Assembly: GCA_051294375.1 (NCBI GenBank)
Contig: CM119266.1
Coordinates: 15,214,991-15,278,726, forward strand
Reading direction: 5' to 3'
Length of the DNA: 63,736 bases
From: Paraspadella gotoi
Lineage: Eukaryota > Animalia > Chaetognatha
A program made the translations under genes and the position numbers. Positions within the stretch are counted from its first letter, which is position 1. Each line of letters starts with the position of its first letter. Under the pieces are notes generated by a model. It searched no databases. It was given only the letters and a program-made list of their open reading frames with translations, and had not been told where the DNA came from. Of this stretch, positions 27,883-43,588 are shown in pieces.

Positions 27883-30643
27883 TCTCTCTCTCATCTTCTC
27901 TCTCTCTCATTTCCTCGAATGAATTCCTTTTCTTTTGGAAGTGATTGTCACCTTTCATGCCTTCGTTTCATGCTGAGACTGCGCGTCACGGAATATGGCG
28001 TTATAGTCATAGAATTGGCGCAACGTCACGCCGCGCTCCACGGAAATGAAGCGGCGCCCCGCTCCCGGGCGTCGCGCTTCTTCCCGTCACGCGTCACGGT
28101 CCGGGGAAGTTGATTTTTTTTTACGCGAAATGAAGTATAAATCATAATTTGTTTTTTTTTTTCACGACGACGACGACGACGACGACGACGAGATCGACAA
28201 CAAAAATAACCACCTTTTCCAACCATCTTCGACCACCTCCCTACAACCAAGACACCTCTAATTCCGCCCCTTCATCCTGGAAATGTTTAATTTCCAAGAA
28301 AATCCCTTCCCCCATCTCAACTGGAGCGACGCTGATGATAAAAGCGCCGGCGACCCGATAAAGGCATTCCCCCCTCCCTCTCCCATCGAAGCGATCGCGA
28401 GTGACCTTTCGCCCTCTTCCCCGTCGGGGCCGTCCTGTTTTTTTTTCTTTTCCCCTTAGCGGTGCCGGCGATGCGGGCCGGTGGGAACGTCCCCGGCCCC
28501 GTAAGGTGGGCGTGGCGGCGTCCGACACGCTCTGAATGTCATCGACGGGAGAATTTCTTCTTTTTTTTCGATCTCTTTTGCCTTCGGGGGGTTTTTTTGT
28601 TCGGAAGATTTAAAAAAAAAGAGATTTTCATTTTTGCCGATAGTTTTATGGATTTGGAGGATGTGATATAAGGCGCTTCTTTCACCTCCTCCTTTCCGCC
28701 CCCCTCTCACCCCCCCCTTCACGAAACAGTTTTGTTTTTTGGATTCTAATGATCTTTTCACGCGCCCGCTGCCCAAAAACTTTTCTCGCGTCGCACGCCG
28801 TTTTCGCTGTCTCAAACCGGAACTCGCGCACGCGAAGATGCCACGCTCGCCGGCGTCGGGGCGTCTTTGGGCGTCGAGTAGGGAGAAGGGGGGAAGAGAA
28901 GGGGGGAAGCTGGGAACGTGGGTAGGGGTTTGGTTTAAAGGATTCATTATTTGGGAGCCGGTCACAGTATGAAAAATTTTATTAATGTAATTTAACATTT
29001 CAATTACGCCCGCTTTTTAAAATGTTGCATGGTTTTTGGTCTTGACTCATTCTTTATTTTTTTTGGACTGGGTAAGTTTTTTATTTTTATTTTTTTTAAG
29101 AGTTGATGGAAATAAAGTTGGAGAAAGATTTTTGTTCCGCTTCGGAGACTCAACAGACTATTTCAATATAAAAGAAGGAAAGAAATAAATGTGAGAATGA
29201 AAGTATAGAGTTAAAGAATAGGGAAGGCTGAGAGAGGGAATTCCGAAGAGGAGGATGAGGAGGAGAAAGAGTAGGAGAAGGAAAAAAAGAGAAAGAAATG
29301 CAGTAATACAGTAATACAGTAATACAGCGATCAAGTAGAACCCGGATTGTTATCTGAAAGCTTCCGTGAATCCCATCCCTTAAAAAAAATTGCGAATGAA
29401 GCCGTCAGATAAGAATTATAGAAAGAAAAGAAAATGAAAAAAAAGAAAAGGGAAGAGGAAAGAGAAGAAAAAAGAGCGAAAGGAAAAAAGAACGTCATGA
29501 AATATTGATTTGCTTCAAAACACGACGAGGGAGAACGTTTTAAAGCTCAATTGAAAGAAAATAGGGATCGGGGATGACGACGATGGTAAGAAGAAGGAAG
29601 TGGATGACAACGACGACGACGACGACGACGACGATGAGGGCGACTACTACTACATCGTGGTGTCCTCTCTTGGAGAAAAGGAGCCTCGGTTCAAAGCGTA
29701 TTGGTTAACTTTTACAGATTTTATTTTAAGATTAAGAAATGTATGGACAAATGAACAACCCGATCCCTCTCTTTTGATTGATTTCCATCGCGCCGAATTC
29801 TATCGTCTTCTTAGTATAAATTCCGCCGCAAGATGGCGACGACCGTCGGTCCTCGCTCGCGCTCGTCTCTCATTTCCGGTGACGCTGACGTCTTCGTTCG
29901 CGAATCGACGCCACCCACTTAAACCCGACCCACCCCTGCCCACCTACCCACCCTCACCCTCGTAGCGGACCGGAAAAAGGCGTCGTCTCCGCGGCGACGT
30001 TCTCTCGCGTGACCTCTAGGCGACCCCCGGATGACTGGGCTTGCATTTTAGAGAGGCAGCGAGGGGGGCGGGGCGACGCCAGATAAGGCGCGCAATTTGG
30101 AGCGAATAACAACCGATTCTGGCGGAAAAGACGAAAGATGGAGGACGCTGAGAGAGAGAAAGTGGCGGATTGGCGAGAGAGGGTGTGTAATGGAGGTAAG
30201 ACCGTCTACCGCGTTGGAAGATAAAACTTGAAGTAGCTTCGGAGTGTTAGACGGAGTATTAAAGGCGTTTGTCGCTGGAGTGTTCAGTAGGTGTAAAAGT
30301 TGTGTGTGATAATAATTTCGATCTCTCGCGCTTCGTCCACTTCCCGTTTTGTAAGCGACTGGACGCGGTGGCGCGGAAGCGTTCGGAAGCGACGACGGAA
30401 TTGGCCGCGATTCCCGTGTCTTTGTTCTAAGCGTTTCTCGACTTAACCCCCGGTCGCCAACCACTTTCCCCTTATTCCCCCACTGCCCCCCCTTCTTTCA
30501 GTTCCACCTTTTGCCCCCCCGTCGCTCGGAAGGCGCGTGGAAATTCCCAAAGCGACATCTCTGGAAAAACACATTCGGCATTCCCTCCATTACTTTGTTT
30601 ACTCTTAATTCCGCGCGCCGATGGAGGAAGGAGAAGGAAGGGG

Positions 30644-30712
<69 letters not shown>

Positions 30713-32389
30713 TTCCGATTCGCCGCCTAAATCTTCGTCATCAGGACGTCCATTTAGCGCCATTACCGTCGGCGGCGAAGAGAAACTGGTTGTAGACTTT
30801 GCACGCTGCGTGTACGACTTTTTACGCGCTAGNNNNNNNNNNGGCGATCACCGTAGCGCGAGTTATTTCGTACCGTGCGCGTCGTTGAGCTGATAACTGG
30901 AGGGCTAGTATATGAAGCTNNNNNNNNNNAACTTGGTCCGACGCATATCTTGGAATCTTTTATAGTAATATTTACATTAGCCGTAATTGTTATTTACTTT
31001 TCTCTAGTTAACCGAGTTTCTTTCGACGTCAGACTGTGGATTCTCAAAAAGGCGTCGACTTGATGTCGTTTGATTGGGTTCACCTTTTTCGATCATCGCC
31101 GGTTGCAAAGACGACGACGACGACGAAAACGACGACGACCCAGAGAACGACGCCGAAGACGACGATGTTGATGATGATTACTTTCGAATTTCAAAATATT
31201 TTGGTGCTTAAGTTTTGCCCTCAGATTGAATGAAAAGATATCCGCGTGCTGCAGACGCCCAGGGAGATGAGGTGAGGGAGAGAAGGTGAGGATAGTGGCA
31301 GGAAGGGTGAGGAAGGAGGCGATCGAGTTTGGCTTGTAAGGATGAAAACCCCGTCGTCGCCGTCGTCGTCGTTGTCGTCTTCATCATCGTCCTCGTCGCT
31401 TTCTTAATGTGCTGAAGCGTTAAAAACTCCGGTTCAACTTATCCTCTTTTACGCCGTCACAACTAAACGCGCGCGGGTCAAAATTCCTCAAAGAGCCTCC
31501 GCCGACGGCCTGGGACAACGATAACAACAACAACAACAACAACAACAAGTGTTACGACCCTCGAAAACGAAGAAAAAGAAGAAAAAAGTATCGTATTAAC
31601 CAAAGAAAGAAAAAAAAAAGAAAGAATAATATCGTTGGGCCTCGTCCATTCTACTAAAGGCTCTCGTCTCTTTCTCCCCATTCGGTCGCTCGAGTTTCTC
31701 GTTAAAAAAATCCCCGTTTTTTTTTTCCTGCGTATTTTTTTTTTCTTGCGTATTTAGCCCCAAACGCGGGACAAAGACGAGTTTCTTCGAATCGCGCGCG
31801 CGAAAGGGAGATTTTTAAACCGTCCGCCGCGACAACAACAACGACGATAACGACAATAACAACTTTGCCCATTCATCGACGGAGCTTGGAGAGGCCACCC
31901 TTGAAATCCGGGGCCGGGGGCTTCGAGGAGAGAGGAGAAGAGAAGAGAAGAGAAGAGAAGAGAGGAGAGAAGAGAGAGGGGAGGAGAGAGAGAAGAGAAG
32001 AGGGAGAGAGAGAGAGAGAGAGTAGCAGAGAGAGAGAGAGAGAGAGACAACGGAGCTTGAATTAATGTTCCAATTTTGCAATTCAAAATTTTTTTTCTTT
32101 CTCCGTTTCTTAAACTGCGGCAATGGAAGGCGACCATTATACGAAAGCATATTTTTCTTTTATTATTCCTTTTTCTCCTTTTCTCCATTTTTTCGGACCA
32201 GAAATCCGGGGACGTTTGGGTTTTTTTTTTTTAATACTCGGAGAATAAAAGGGAGGAAAGGCGATTTTGTAAGAAGGGAACAACAACAAAGACGACGACG
32301 ACGATAACAACGACAAGAAACGGTGAACCGACGTGGTTTTGAATAAAGAGAGAGAAGAGAGAGAGAGAGAGAGGAGACGAGAGAGAGAT

Positions 32390-32421
<32 letters not shown>

Positions 32422-33392
32422 AGAGAAATTGAAATGCAAGCGGGATGATAGCTTAAGTTAGTTCTACGAATTACTTTTAAAGTATTTGAAATATTAACTT
32501 TACCTTTCACTTAACGAGACGAAGAAACAATACAAAGATGAAACGCTATTCTTTATATTTTCTACAAACGCCAGATTCTGTCCAATCCATCGGCGCGGTC
32601 ATTGCACTTGCTCACTAAAATTCCAGGCGAAGCGAAACTTTTAGAACGCTATCACATCCGGGCTTCGTCGCTTCATCCGTGTGCATTCTACGCACGCTTA
32701 TTGGCTGATTTCTATCCCCACACTTACTCCATTAACTTCCCTCCACGCACTCTCCCCTCCTTCGCCCTCGCTCGTGGCCGCGCTTGTTTACCAATGTTTA
32801 TTTCTCTTCGCCGAAATTTTTTTCATGAATTTCTCTTTCCTTTCTCGCCTCAATTCTCGTACCTCACCCTCGCCGCGTCCGCCTTACCCAAACCCTACCC
32901 GACTCTCGTTCCTTTCTTCGGTCGAACGTCGGCGCGTCACAACATAAAAGTCATCGGTCACTAGAGAACCACAAAAAATAATCCGCCAGATTTTTCCTCG
33001 CCGCCGCCGCCGCCGCCGCCGCTGCCGCTGTCGTCTTCATCGTCTATTTTCGTCTCGGTCGACGTCGTCGTGACGAATTCGTGCGCCATCGCTATAAGAC
33101 GCTGCCATATTAATTGTTTATTCGATGTGGTGTAAGATCAATGCAGAATAAATAAAGTATAAATTGTCATTTTTTTTGCTACCTAATTCTGAGAAATTTA
33201 CTGAAATTATTAATGCAACCTCGATTACGTTTAACAATTTAAATTTCTTACATTACATTTACGTATTAATTAAAATGATAACTATACTTCCACATATTAT
33301 GCGACAAATGAAAAGAAATGCTATCTAAAAATGCAATGGCGGCTTATAAGCGGCGAAATCGCGGCTGCGAGTCTTTTCTTCTCTCGGGTTTG
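26276..33392 (+). repeat. Copy 2 of the ~7.0 kb tandem duplication (contains N-gaps)
   Basis: Direct repeat of 19278-26270. Gaps 26944-27468, 30833-30842 and 30920-30929 correspond to called sequence in copy 1. Confidence 0.96.
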
Positions 33393-33509
33393 TCTCCCCC
33401 CCCTTTTTTTTTCTTCAATTGTATTTCCTTTCTCTCTTTTCTAAGTCTCGCCCATGAAAGAAACGCCATTATGAAAAATATCGAAGAAAACTGAGCCGCT
33501 CCTGCTCTC

Positions 33510-33643
33510 AGGAAGGCGCCCCTTCCCCGTTCATGATGGCGCCCCACCCCCTTTTCAAGATAGCGCCATATCCCCTTCAGCACCCTATTTGAGATGGTGC
33601 CCTCTATCTTGCAATGAAGGCGCCCCCTTTTATCCAATGAAGC
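33510..33643 (+). repeat. Degenerate ~23-bp minisatellite (core RWGAWGGCGCCC), 5-6 units
   Basis: Units: aggaaggcgcccc 33510, atgatggcgcccc 33533, aagatagcgcc 33557, gagatggtgccc 33591, atgaaggcgcccc 33614, partial atgaagc 33637. Confidence 0.6.
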
Positions 33644-34370
33644 TACGTGGCGTAGGACCACTAAGATAAAAATCCCTATTTCAAATCGTGACAGTGAGTA
33701 AAAGAACGAGTAGAATAAACCAATGCAATTAGACTACACTTTCGTATTTTAAGAATTTTCGTAGTATATATTTAAACAATTTCACTGGAAATGCGAATCA
33801 GTATTCATAAGAATTAACAGTATCTGAGTTGTTTCTAACAAATAATGTTAATGAAATGAATTTATTAATTTGCCCCTCTTTCCTTCTCTCGTCTTCGGGA
33901 TCCGATTCTCATGAATATATTTTCCTTCATACGCGAGTCTCATTTGAAGCTCGATTCTGTGTTGGCCGTGCGCTGGCACCAATCCCTTTGTCGACCACCA
34001 CACCGAATCACCCTCCCCCACCCAAACCACCCTCCCCATCTTCACTTCGCTTCTTCCAGGAAATTGCCAAGTTTTAGAGAGAAAGCGAAATTTCTTATAT
34101 TGGTAGCGCAAGCGCGAGAGATAGAGAAGAAAAAGGAAACCTCTCTTTCTCTCTCCCTCCGTCTCTCTCTCTCAACCTCCCTTCACTGTCTCTGTCTCTC
34201 TCTCTCCTCCATCTCGGTCTCTTTCTTCCGCTCCCTCCCGAACCAGCCGACTTTTTATAATGGTCCGGTTTTATTAGCGGCGAAATTGGATGGCTAGCGT
34301 GGCGTACACCATACTTTCTGTGATATTGAATTTTTATGCTCGAGAAATGAAGGAAAGGACCGAGAGCGAT

Positions 34371-34498
<128 letters not shown>

Positions 34499-35385
34499 GT
34501 GAAAGAAAATTTATGAGTTGGGGACGAATTTGGCTGAAAGAAGGAGCAATGAAGGAAGGAGCAGAGAATTTGGGGCGTGAAGGGGGAGTGAATGAAAACG
34601 GGAAAGTAAGAAGGGAGGAAAACGAAGAGGAGGAAGAGGATGAGCAAGAGTGTGAATAAACATTAAAGAAAAGGAAAATTAAAGTGATTGGAGAAGAGCG
34701 AATATCAGAGTTGTGAAATATAGAGAAATAAAGGGATAGAACCAAAACGAGTGGGGAAATCACTGGAAGTAACAAGTAGTAAAAAAATATTAGTATCTCG
34801 AATCTCGAGGGACAAAAAACGAGCGGCGTGGAAGAGTGGACGCGGATACAAGAGGTAGTAAAAGAAAGAGAAGGAAAAAAAAAGAAAATATAAGGAAAGA
34901 ATAGAAAGAAAAAATGAGGAGAAAAGGGAGTCGCGAATGGGTGGGGCGACATCCAAACTCATCGGGAAACGCGGACAGTAAAACTCGAGCATGAAAGAAA
35001 ATTCGAGCTCCGAATAAAAGAGAAAGGAGATTGAAGGAGGGGATAAAAGGAAAGGGACAGGGATANNNNNNNNNNGGGCGAAGCGTGAAAGGAGGGGAAG
35101 CGAAGGGGAGAGGAAACAATGGAAACGTCTTGCCCCGCGGGGGTCATAAATAGTACTAGCGTAAAGGTCAAACTTTAGGAGAAAAGAAAGTGTTTTAAAG
35201 TTCACCTGATTGATTGCGCTATGCGCTGCGGCGAGAGTCCCAATCAGTAATCGCCTGGAAGCGGCTCATTTACTGGACAAATACAGACACAGCGTTCGTG
35301 ACGTCTCCGCATGAAAGTATGACGGACGAGTATAACGAGAGAAGACTGAGATATGGAAGAAGGAGGAAGCAGAGAGAAAGAGAGA

Positions 35386-35426
<41 letters not shown>

Positions 35427-37899
35427 TGCTACTTTGAGAGCGAGAGTTTTCCAATTTGTCAAAAAATAAATTTTGGCGATTTAAAAAAAATATATTTCTC
35501 TCTCCATCTTCTCTCCTTTTCTTTTCAGCGAAAAAAAAAGTTTATAAGGAAAATTAATTTCCCGGGGCTCGATTTGATATTTTTCACAGAAAACCGCTGA
35601 AAAAAGTCTTTCGACGGCGAAGCAGCGGAAATCCCTCCAGCTCTGCAGAAGGCGAATGTACAGCGCCGAAATATATACGAATTCGAGGAACCAAATATTT
35701 TATAAAGGACCAAAAAAAAAAAAAAAAAATAAGGGGAATATAGGGTTTAATTTTTTCCGCTGCCTGGTCCTCGCTGCGCCGACTCCGAGGACGCCGCGCC
35801 GACGCTGCAGTTCCTGCCGTCGCCGCCGCCGCGACGTCCTTCGGCGCGGTCTCCGCCGCGGCTGGCGCGGGCGCCGCGGCTAATCCTGCGTATTCGTTAC
35901 GGGTTCTGACCGGCCGGTCAGAGAGAGGGAGAGAGAGAAGGAGAGAAAGGGGCCGGCCGGTCTCTCTCCCCCTCTCACCGCTCTCCCTTTCCATTTATAT
36001 TTTGGATTTTCCGATATGTATTTAGCACATGCTTTGCATACCCGGTCCCATTGGCCATGGGGGGCTTTTCCCACTCGCCTTTTCTCGCCTGTCCCCCCCC
36101 CCGCCTCGCCCCCGTCCCCCCATCGCTCTCCCTTCTGGCGAATTCATTCTATTTTCTTTCCTTTTATTGGTTATGATATCGTTAGAATGATGGACTCTAT
36201 ATTTTTCCTCGACCCAAAAAAAAAAGGCGCCGTCGCGAATATTTTAAAGAATTTTTACGATTTTCATTCTCACTTTGGACGCGAGAGGGAAAGGCTAAGT
36301 TTGTTTACTTTCCTCGGTTTTGTTTGTTGGTCCAAAATGTAAAATAAAATGTAGAAACAGAGAAACTGAGAAACTCCTTTTGAGCAATCGAAATCGATTA
36401 TTAAAGTTAATGTCCATGATTGAAGCTAGAGGCTAAGTACTGAATCAGAGCCACTGTTTAGTTAATAATCTTAAAGTTAATATTAACCAAAAACTCGGCA
36501 ACCGAAAACGAGGCTCGTTCCGTCCGAGAACCAACCCCCGCGGAAACTTATTAGTATTGCGCGCGAAGAATTTCACGGTTAGCGAGGAAACGTTGCTCGC
36601 CAAAAATATGAATAATATACGAAACTGGTTATTACTCGGCGATGGCGGGTTTTCGAGGGAGGCGTTGCCCATACTTGGCAGGCAAGCCGCCGCCGCCGCC
36701 GCTGCCTCGCCAAAGATTTAATCAAGATGATGGGCGACGGAGCAGCGGGTCGGGGGGTAAGTCACGCGTGCGACCAAACCGCCAAACTCGTTTAATCAAA
36801 TTATTAAAAATGGCGGCTGAGATGAGAGGAACTGAAAATGGCAGGTCGGATTATTTTTTGGCTCACTTTTTTCTTTTTTACAGAATCTTTCCATTTATAT
36901 TTTTTTTTTTTGGTTTTTATTAAGTTTATTTCGGTTTTAATTAAATAAATTTTGATAGAAACGTTTATTTTTTTCTCTACTTTCATCTAATAAAACAACC
37001 GAAATTTTCCGTGTTGACGTTTTAATGCGTAGAATTTTGAAAAAGCCAATCTGCTCAGTCTTTTCTCTAAGACTTTTGATTTCTTTTTCTTATTCTCTTT
37101 TTTCTTTCTTTCTTTTTCTTCCTTCCCACTTTCCTTCCTTTCTCCTTTCTTTCCTTTCTTTCTTCTTTCTTTCCTTTCTTTCTCCTTTACCTACTTCCTT
37201 TCTTCCTTCCTCCCTTCCTCATTTCCTTTCTTCCTTTTCTTCTTCTTTCTTTCCTTATTTCTGTCTTCCTTGCTTCCTCCCTAATTTTTTTCTTGTTTTC
37301 TCCCTTCCAACTTCCCAAAGGTTGTTCCGTCGTCCCTCGTGATTCTTCTCTTCTTTTCCTCCCTCTTCCTTCCCTTTCCTCCCTCTTCCTCCCCTTTACT
37401 CCCCTCTGTCTACAAATAGAAGACAACGACGGAGTTTCTCGATTTCGTCATCATAACATTCGACGACGTGTCACAACCGATGAGGCTCTGCAGATTTCGT
37501 CGCCTCGTTTCTCCTTCGCGCTCATCCTCATCCCTCCTTTCCTACGATCTCCCCAGAGTATCGCCATCTTTTGCCATCATTTACCAGCTCGTGCCATCTC
37601 TTTTGACACGGCGTCACCCTTTGCGTCAACCGCGTGCGACGTCGCCCAGATTCTCTAACCGGGGGGGTGGGGGGAAGAGAGGGAGATATGTAGAGAGAAA
37701 GAGAGTCGTTGACAAACGGAGAAAAGAAAAGCGGAGGAACCGGGTCGGCCATTCCATAACCGTTGACAACGACTTTGGCTTGTGTATTCATTTCTTACGC
37801 TTCAAACTTTTGCGAAACGAGATCCCTGAAAAATAGGGAAAAAAAAGTACTTGAATCTTCGTAAACCTGAAAGAAAACATATTGCACCCAAAACAAGAC

Positions 37900-37937
<38 letters not shown>

Positions 37938-37953
37938 CTTCTCTCATCTCCTC

Positions 37954-38007
<54 letters not shown>

Positions 38008-38610
38008 CTCTCTCCTCTCTCTCTCTCTCTTACAAGAAGTTTTTTCCTCTTTTCTGGCATATATTTTTTTTTCGGTGCCATTTTCGTCCAAATTGAAGGA
38101 AAACGTTTCTTAGCATCTTCGTCGTCGTCGTCATCATCATTGCGTCTCGCTTCAGAGAACACAAAATGTTTCCTTCGAGAAGCGGACGCCGCCTTTCCGG
38201 CCGCGCCCCCCGGTTTTTTCGCTCGGCGGCGCCGATAGACGTAACGCTTTTCCGCAAGGCCGTACTGTTACGCGGGTCGACGTTGCTCGGTTCCGCCGGC
38301 CCCGCGCCGAATTATTTTACCCTGGAAGTCGTTTAGCCTCCTAAAAATGCAGAGGAGACTAATTTCAAAAATTTCTCCCCCCCCCCTCTCTCTCTCTCTC
38401 TTCGTCTTGTTCGCCATCAAATTCGCCCTTGAAATTCGCCTCGAATTCGAGATGACCTTCAAATCCTTTTAAACACCCCTTTAGTTTGTTAGTTTTCGTG
38501 TTAAAGAGGAGACGAGGGAAGAATAGAAGATTGTAGCACCTTAGTTGCACCTGCCTGCACGCCATCTCTCTCTCGTCTCCTCTCTCTCTCTCTCTCTCTC
38601 TCTTCTCTCA

Positions 38611-38646
<36 letters not shown>

Positions 38647-38651
38647 CATCT

Positions 38652-38710
<59 letters not shown>

Positions 38711-39226
38711 TTTTTTTCTTTTCCGCGACTCTGTTCCTCTACTCTCTTTTTTTTCTCTCAAGATTACCCCCTGGGTCTCATTTTCCCATCCATGATAGTG
38801 AGTTTCCTGTCAGCAGCAGCGTGAGGAGATTCTGCGTCATAATCGATTCCACGACCAAATTGATGCGCCTTTTTTTATCCTCACTTTCCTTCCTTTTTCT
38901 TTTCCTCTTTCTTTACTTCTTCTTTACTTATCCCTCTTCCTTTTCTTTTCTTTTCCTTTCTTTCTTTTTTTTTCTTTCTTTTTTATTTCTTTCTTCCTTT
39001 CTTTCTTTTTTTCTTTTTTTCTTTCTTTCTTTTTCTTTTTTCCTTTTTCTTCTTTCGTTTTCCTTTTCTATTTCTCCCTTTTCCTCTTGATTAAACACTT
39101 TTGTTTATTATTTCCTCGGAAATTGCCTTTCATCACAGTGCTCTCTATCTCTCTCGCTCTCTCTCCCTTTGTTTCCCTTAATTCGATTCCGCGCTTCTCT
39201 CTCCCCAATTTTTTTCCTTCTCACAC

Positions 39227-40752
<1,526 letters not shown>

Positions 40753-41119
40753 AGAGAAATCTTAGAAGCGTCGACGGGATTACCTTCTCGTCGGCTCTTT
40801 GGGGTAAGGGGTAAAGACAGGGTGAGTTCGTTTCGACGGCCTAAGCGAGGAGCGGGGCCGTTTGGCGAAGGGCGGGGGATTTAAAGAGGCGGAGTTCGGG
40901 TTTTTCACAGGTGGATGATGTTTATGAATTTTTGGAGGATCAAAGGCGAAGTCCCTTTTTTTTTTATGTGGGGGGGAGGAGCTCAGATTTGCGAAATACC
41001 ACGAACCGGAAGCCGCGACCACAAAGCAAACCGCGCGCCACCCACGCCGACGCCCACGCCGACGCCCACGTCTCGACCTCAAAAGATCGAATCGCGGGAT
41101 CAAGAAATTGAGCCTCTTT

Positions 41120-41139
41120 TCGTCTCTCTCTCTCTCTCG

Positions 41140-41175
<36 letters not shown>

Positions 41176-41924
41176 TCTCTCCTCTTCATCCGGGGCCAGG
41201 GCCAAAAAACCGCGGTTTACTCCTGGCATAAAAGTCGTGAATTACCGACGCCATCTTTTTTTTTGGTATGAGATGCGAATTAAAAACGACGACGACGACG
41301 ACGCCNNNNNNNNNNNNNNNNNNNNNNNNNNNNNNNNNNNNNNNNNNNNNNNNNNNNNNNNNNNNNNNNNNNNNNNNNNNNNNNNNNNNNNNNNNNNNNN
41401 NNNNNNNNNNGAGACAGAGAGCGGGCGCGTGAAACACGCTTGTCGGATGACGAGATGGAAATTGCAAGTTCTCTGATTTATGGAGAAATTTTATTCTTGG
41501 CCAAAGCCCAAGTCTATGGAAAGAAGTTTTGGACTGAAGAAAGTTGTATCTTCTCAATAGGATTTGAAAAAAACAAGTTTATTCCTTCTTGGATTTTTTA
41601 AAACAGGAAATTGAATTATTCTTGCCAAATAAAGGAATAATTGGCAGTTTNNNNNNNNNNNNNNNNNNNNNNNNNGAATTCAATAAAATTCACGTTTTAT
41701 ATGGATATTTTGAGCCTATTTTCATTATTTAAAAATTTAGATATAGGTCAGACTTCTGCAGGGTAAAAATCCACTAGTGACAACAAATATACGAAATAAA
41801 TAAGAATAGATTCCAAAACAATCAAAGAAAAACAATTGATCGCCCCTCCTTTTCGTTCATGACGTTCGTCCGTCGTCGGTTCCCGTTTTGTTGATCCCTC
41901 ATTTCCGTCGCATATTCTCATAAC

Positions 41925-41962
<38 letters not shown>

Positions 41963-42008
41963 AAAAAAAAAAAAAAAAAAAAAAAATAAAAAAAAAAAAA
42001 AAAAAAAA

Positions 42009-42067
<59 letters not shown>

Positions 42068-42200
42068 TGGACAGTCGCTGTGGTAAATTCACGACTTTTA
42101 TGCCAGGCAGAGTAAACCCGCGTTTTTGGCCCTGGCCCCCGGAAAATTGAAAGAGGGAGAGAGAGAGAGAGAGAGAGAGAGAAGAGATGAGAGAGAGAGA
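41120..42200. repeat. Short inverted duplication (41120-41278 vs 41908-42200)
   Basis: ccggggccagggccaaaaaaccgcggtttactcctggcataaaagtcgtgaatt is the reverse complement of ~42086-42143. Confidence 0.9.
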
Positions 42201-42572
42201 TGAGACATGAGAGAGAGAAGGAGAGATCTAGAGAGAGAGAGAGTAACAGGAGACAGAGAGCGGGCGCGTGAAACACGCTTGTCGGATGGACGAGATGGAA
42301 ATTGGCCAAGTTCTTCTGATTTTATGAGGAGAAGAATGAATTATTCATTGGCCCAAAAGGCCCAAGTCTATGGAAAAGGAGAAGTTTCTGGACTGAAAGG
42401 AGCCGAAGCGAATAGTATGTTAATTCTTCTCATTGAGGATTTTTGAAAAAGGAAAAAAAAAACCAAGTTATTCTTCTGTACCTGGATAAATTTTTTTAAA
42501 ACAGGAAAACTTGAAAATATATTACCTCCTGCCAAAAAAAAAAAAATATAAGGAAAATAAAATTGCAGTTTT
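41411..42572 (+). repeat. Direct duplication (41411-41650 vs 42250-42572)
   Basis: Both start gagacagagagcgggcgcgtgaaacacgcttgtcggatg. The second copy is expanded by many insertions. The first copy ends at the 25-N gap 41651-41675. Confidence 0.92.
41926..42065 (+). repeat. ~140 nt poly(A) run, probably a sequencing artefact
   Basis: The equivalent position in the inverted copy is only T9 (41256-41264). Confidence 0.8.
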
Positions 42573-42860
42573 ATTATTACGTGAATTTTAATGAATTTTT
42601 TGTTTGTGTCCCGAATTGCCGTGAACGGAAAAAAAAATGTGAACCCTTTATTAATATTTAATTAATTTTTTCAAACTAGCTTTAATTATTTATAATAAGC
42701 CAAACTGTTGATATCATTAATATAATTATGGATTATTAATCTCCTGGAGGTTACAAACTCTCTCGACAATACTCGTCAGTTCCCGAATTTCCAGCCTAAA
42801 GTCTAAAACTCATCGAAAGAGAGAGAGAGAGAGAGAGGATCGAAGAGGGAGAGAGAGAAC

Positions 42861-42891
<31 letters not shown>

Positions 42892-43546
42892 TGATGAGAG
42901 AGAGGAGACGAGAGATAGAGAGAGAGAGAGAGAGAGAAGAAAGAAAAGAAAAAAAAAAGATTTGTTTCCATAAGAAGACGTTGTCGAATTTCTCTCCTCT
43001 TCCAGTTTTTCCTTATTTTACTTCCCCTCCTCCCCCAAACCCAGCTTCCCCCCCTCCCACATTCTCTCGTTTTCGCGTTTGGCAACAATATCGCGCGCGC
43101 CGCCACAGACTTGACGCTGACGCCCAGTGACGCCCCATTGACATCCGGTGTCGCTGGCCGAAAACTATTATCTGCGGAGCAGAGTCGACGTCGTCGTCGT
43201 CGTCGTCGTCGTCGTCCTTATTTTTTTTTTGCTTCTGCGTTTTCTTCGTCATTTTCATCTTCGTCATCGTCGTCTTTGTTATCGACTTCCCCGTCGTCGA
43301 CGTAGTTTTCTTCTTCGAGGTCGTCGTCGTTGTCTTAGTCGTCGTTTTTTTTTCGTCTTCGTCGTCGATGTCGGGGCTAATATCGAAACTCCCTTCATCC
43401 TATCCTCCCTCATTTCATTTCGCCCCCCGAACCCCTGTTTTAGTCTTTTCTGTATGCTGGCCAAAATTCGAATTTCCGATAAATAATCTGAGAGACGGAT
43501 CAGTCCCTGTCTGAAGGCTGAGAGAGAGAGAGAGAAACGGATACTT

Positions 43547-43588
<42 letters not shown>

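Noticed and set aside
33510-33643. CRISPR-like reading of the 23-bp array
   Set aside because: The repeats are short and degenerate, the spacers are only ~10 nt and low-complexity, there are no cas genes, and the context is eukaryotic.
35584-35994. Ala-rich ORF on the minus strand
   Set aside because: It arises from a GCC-rich patch that is open on both strands, its ends lie in low-complexity sequence, and there are no convincing splice sites.
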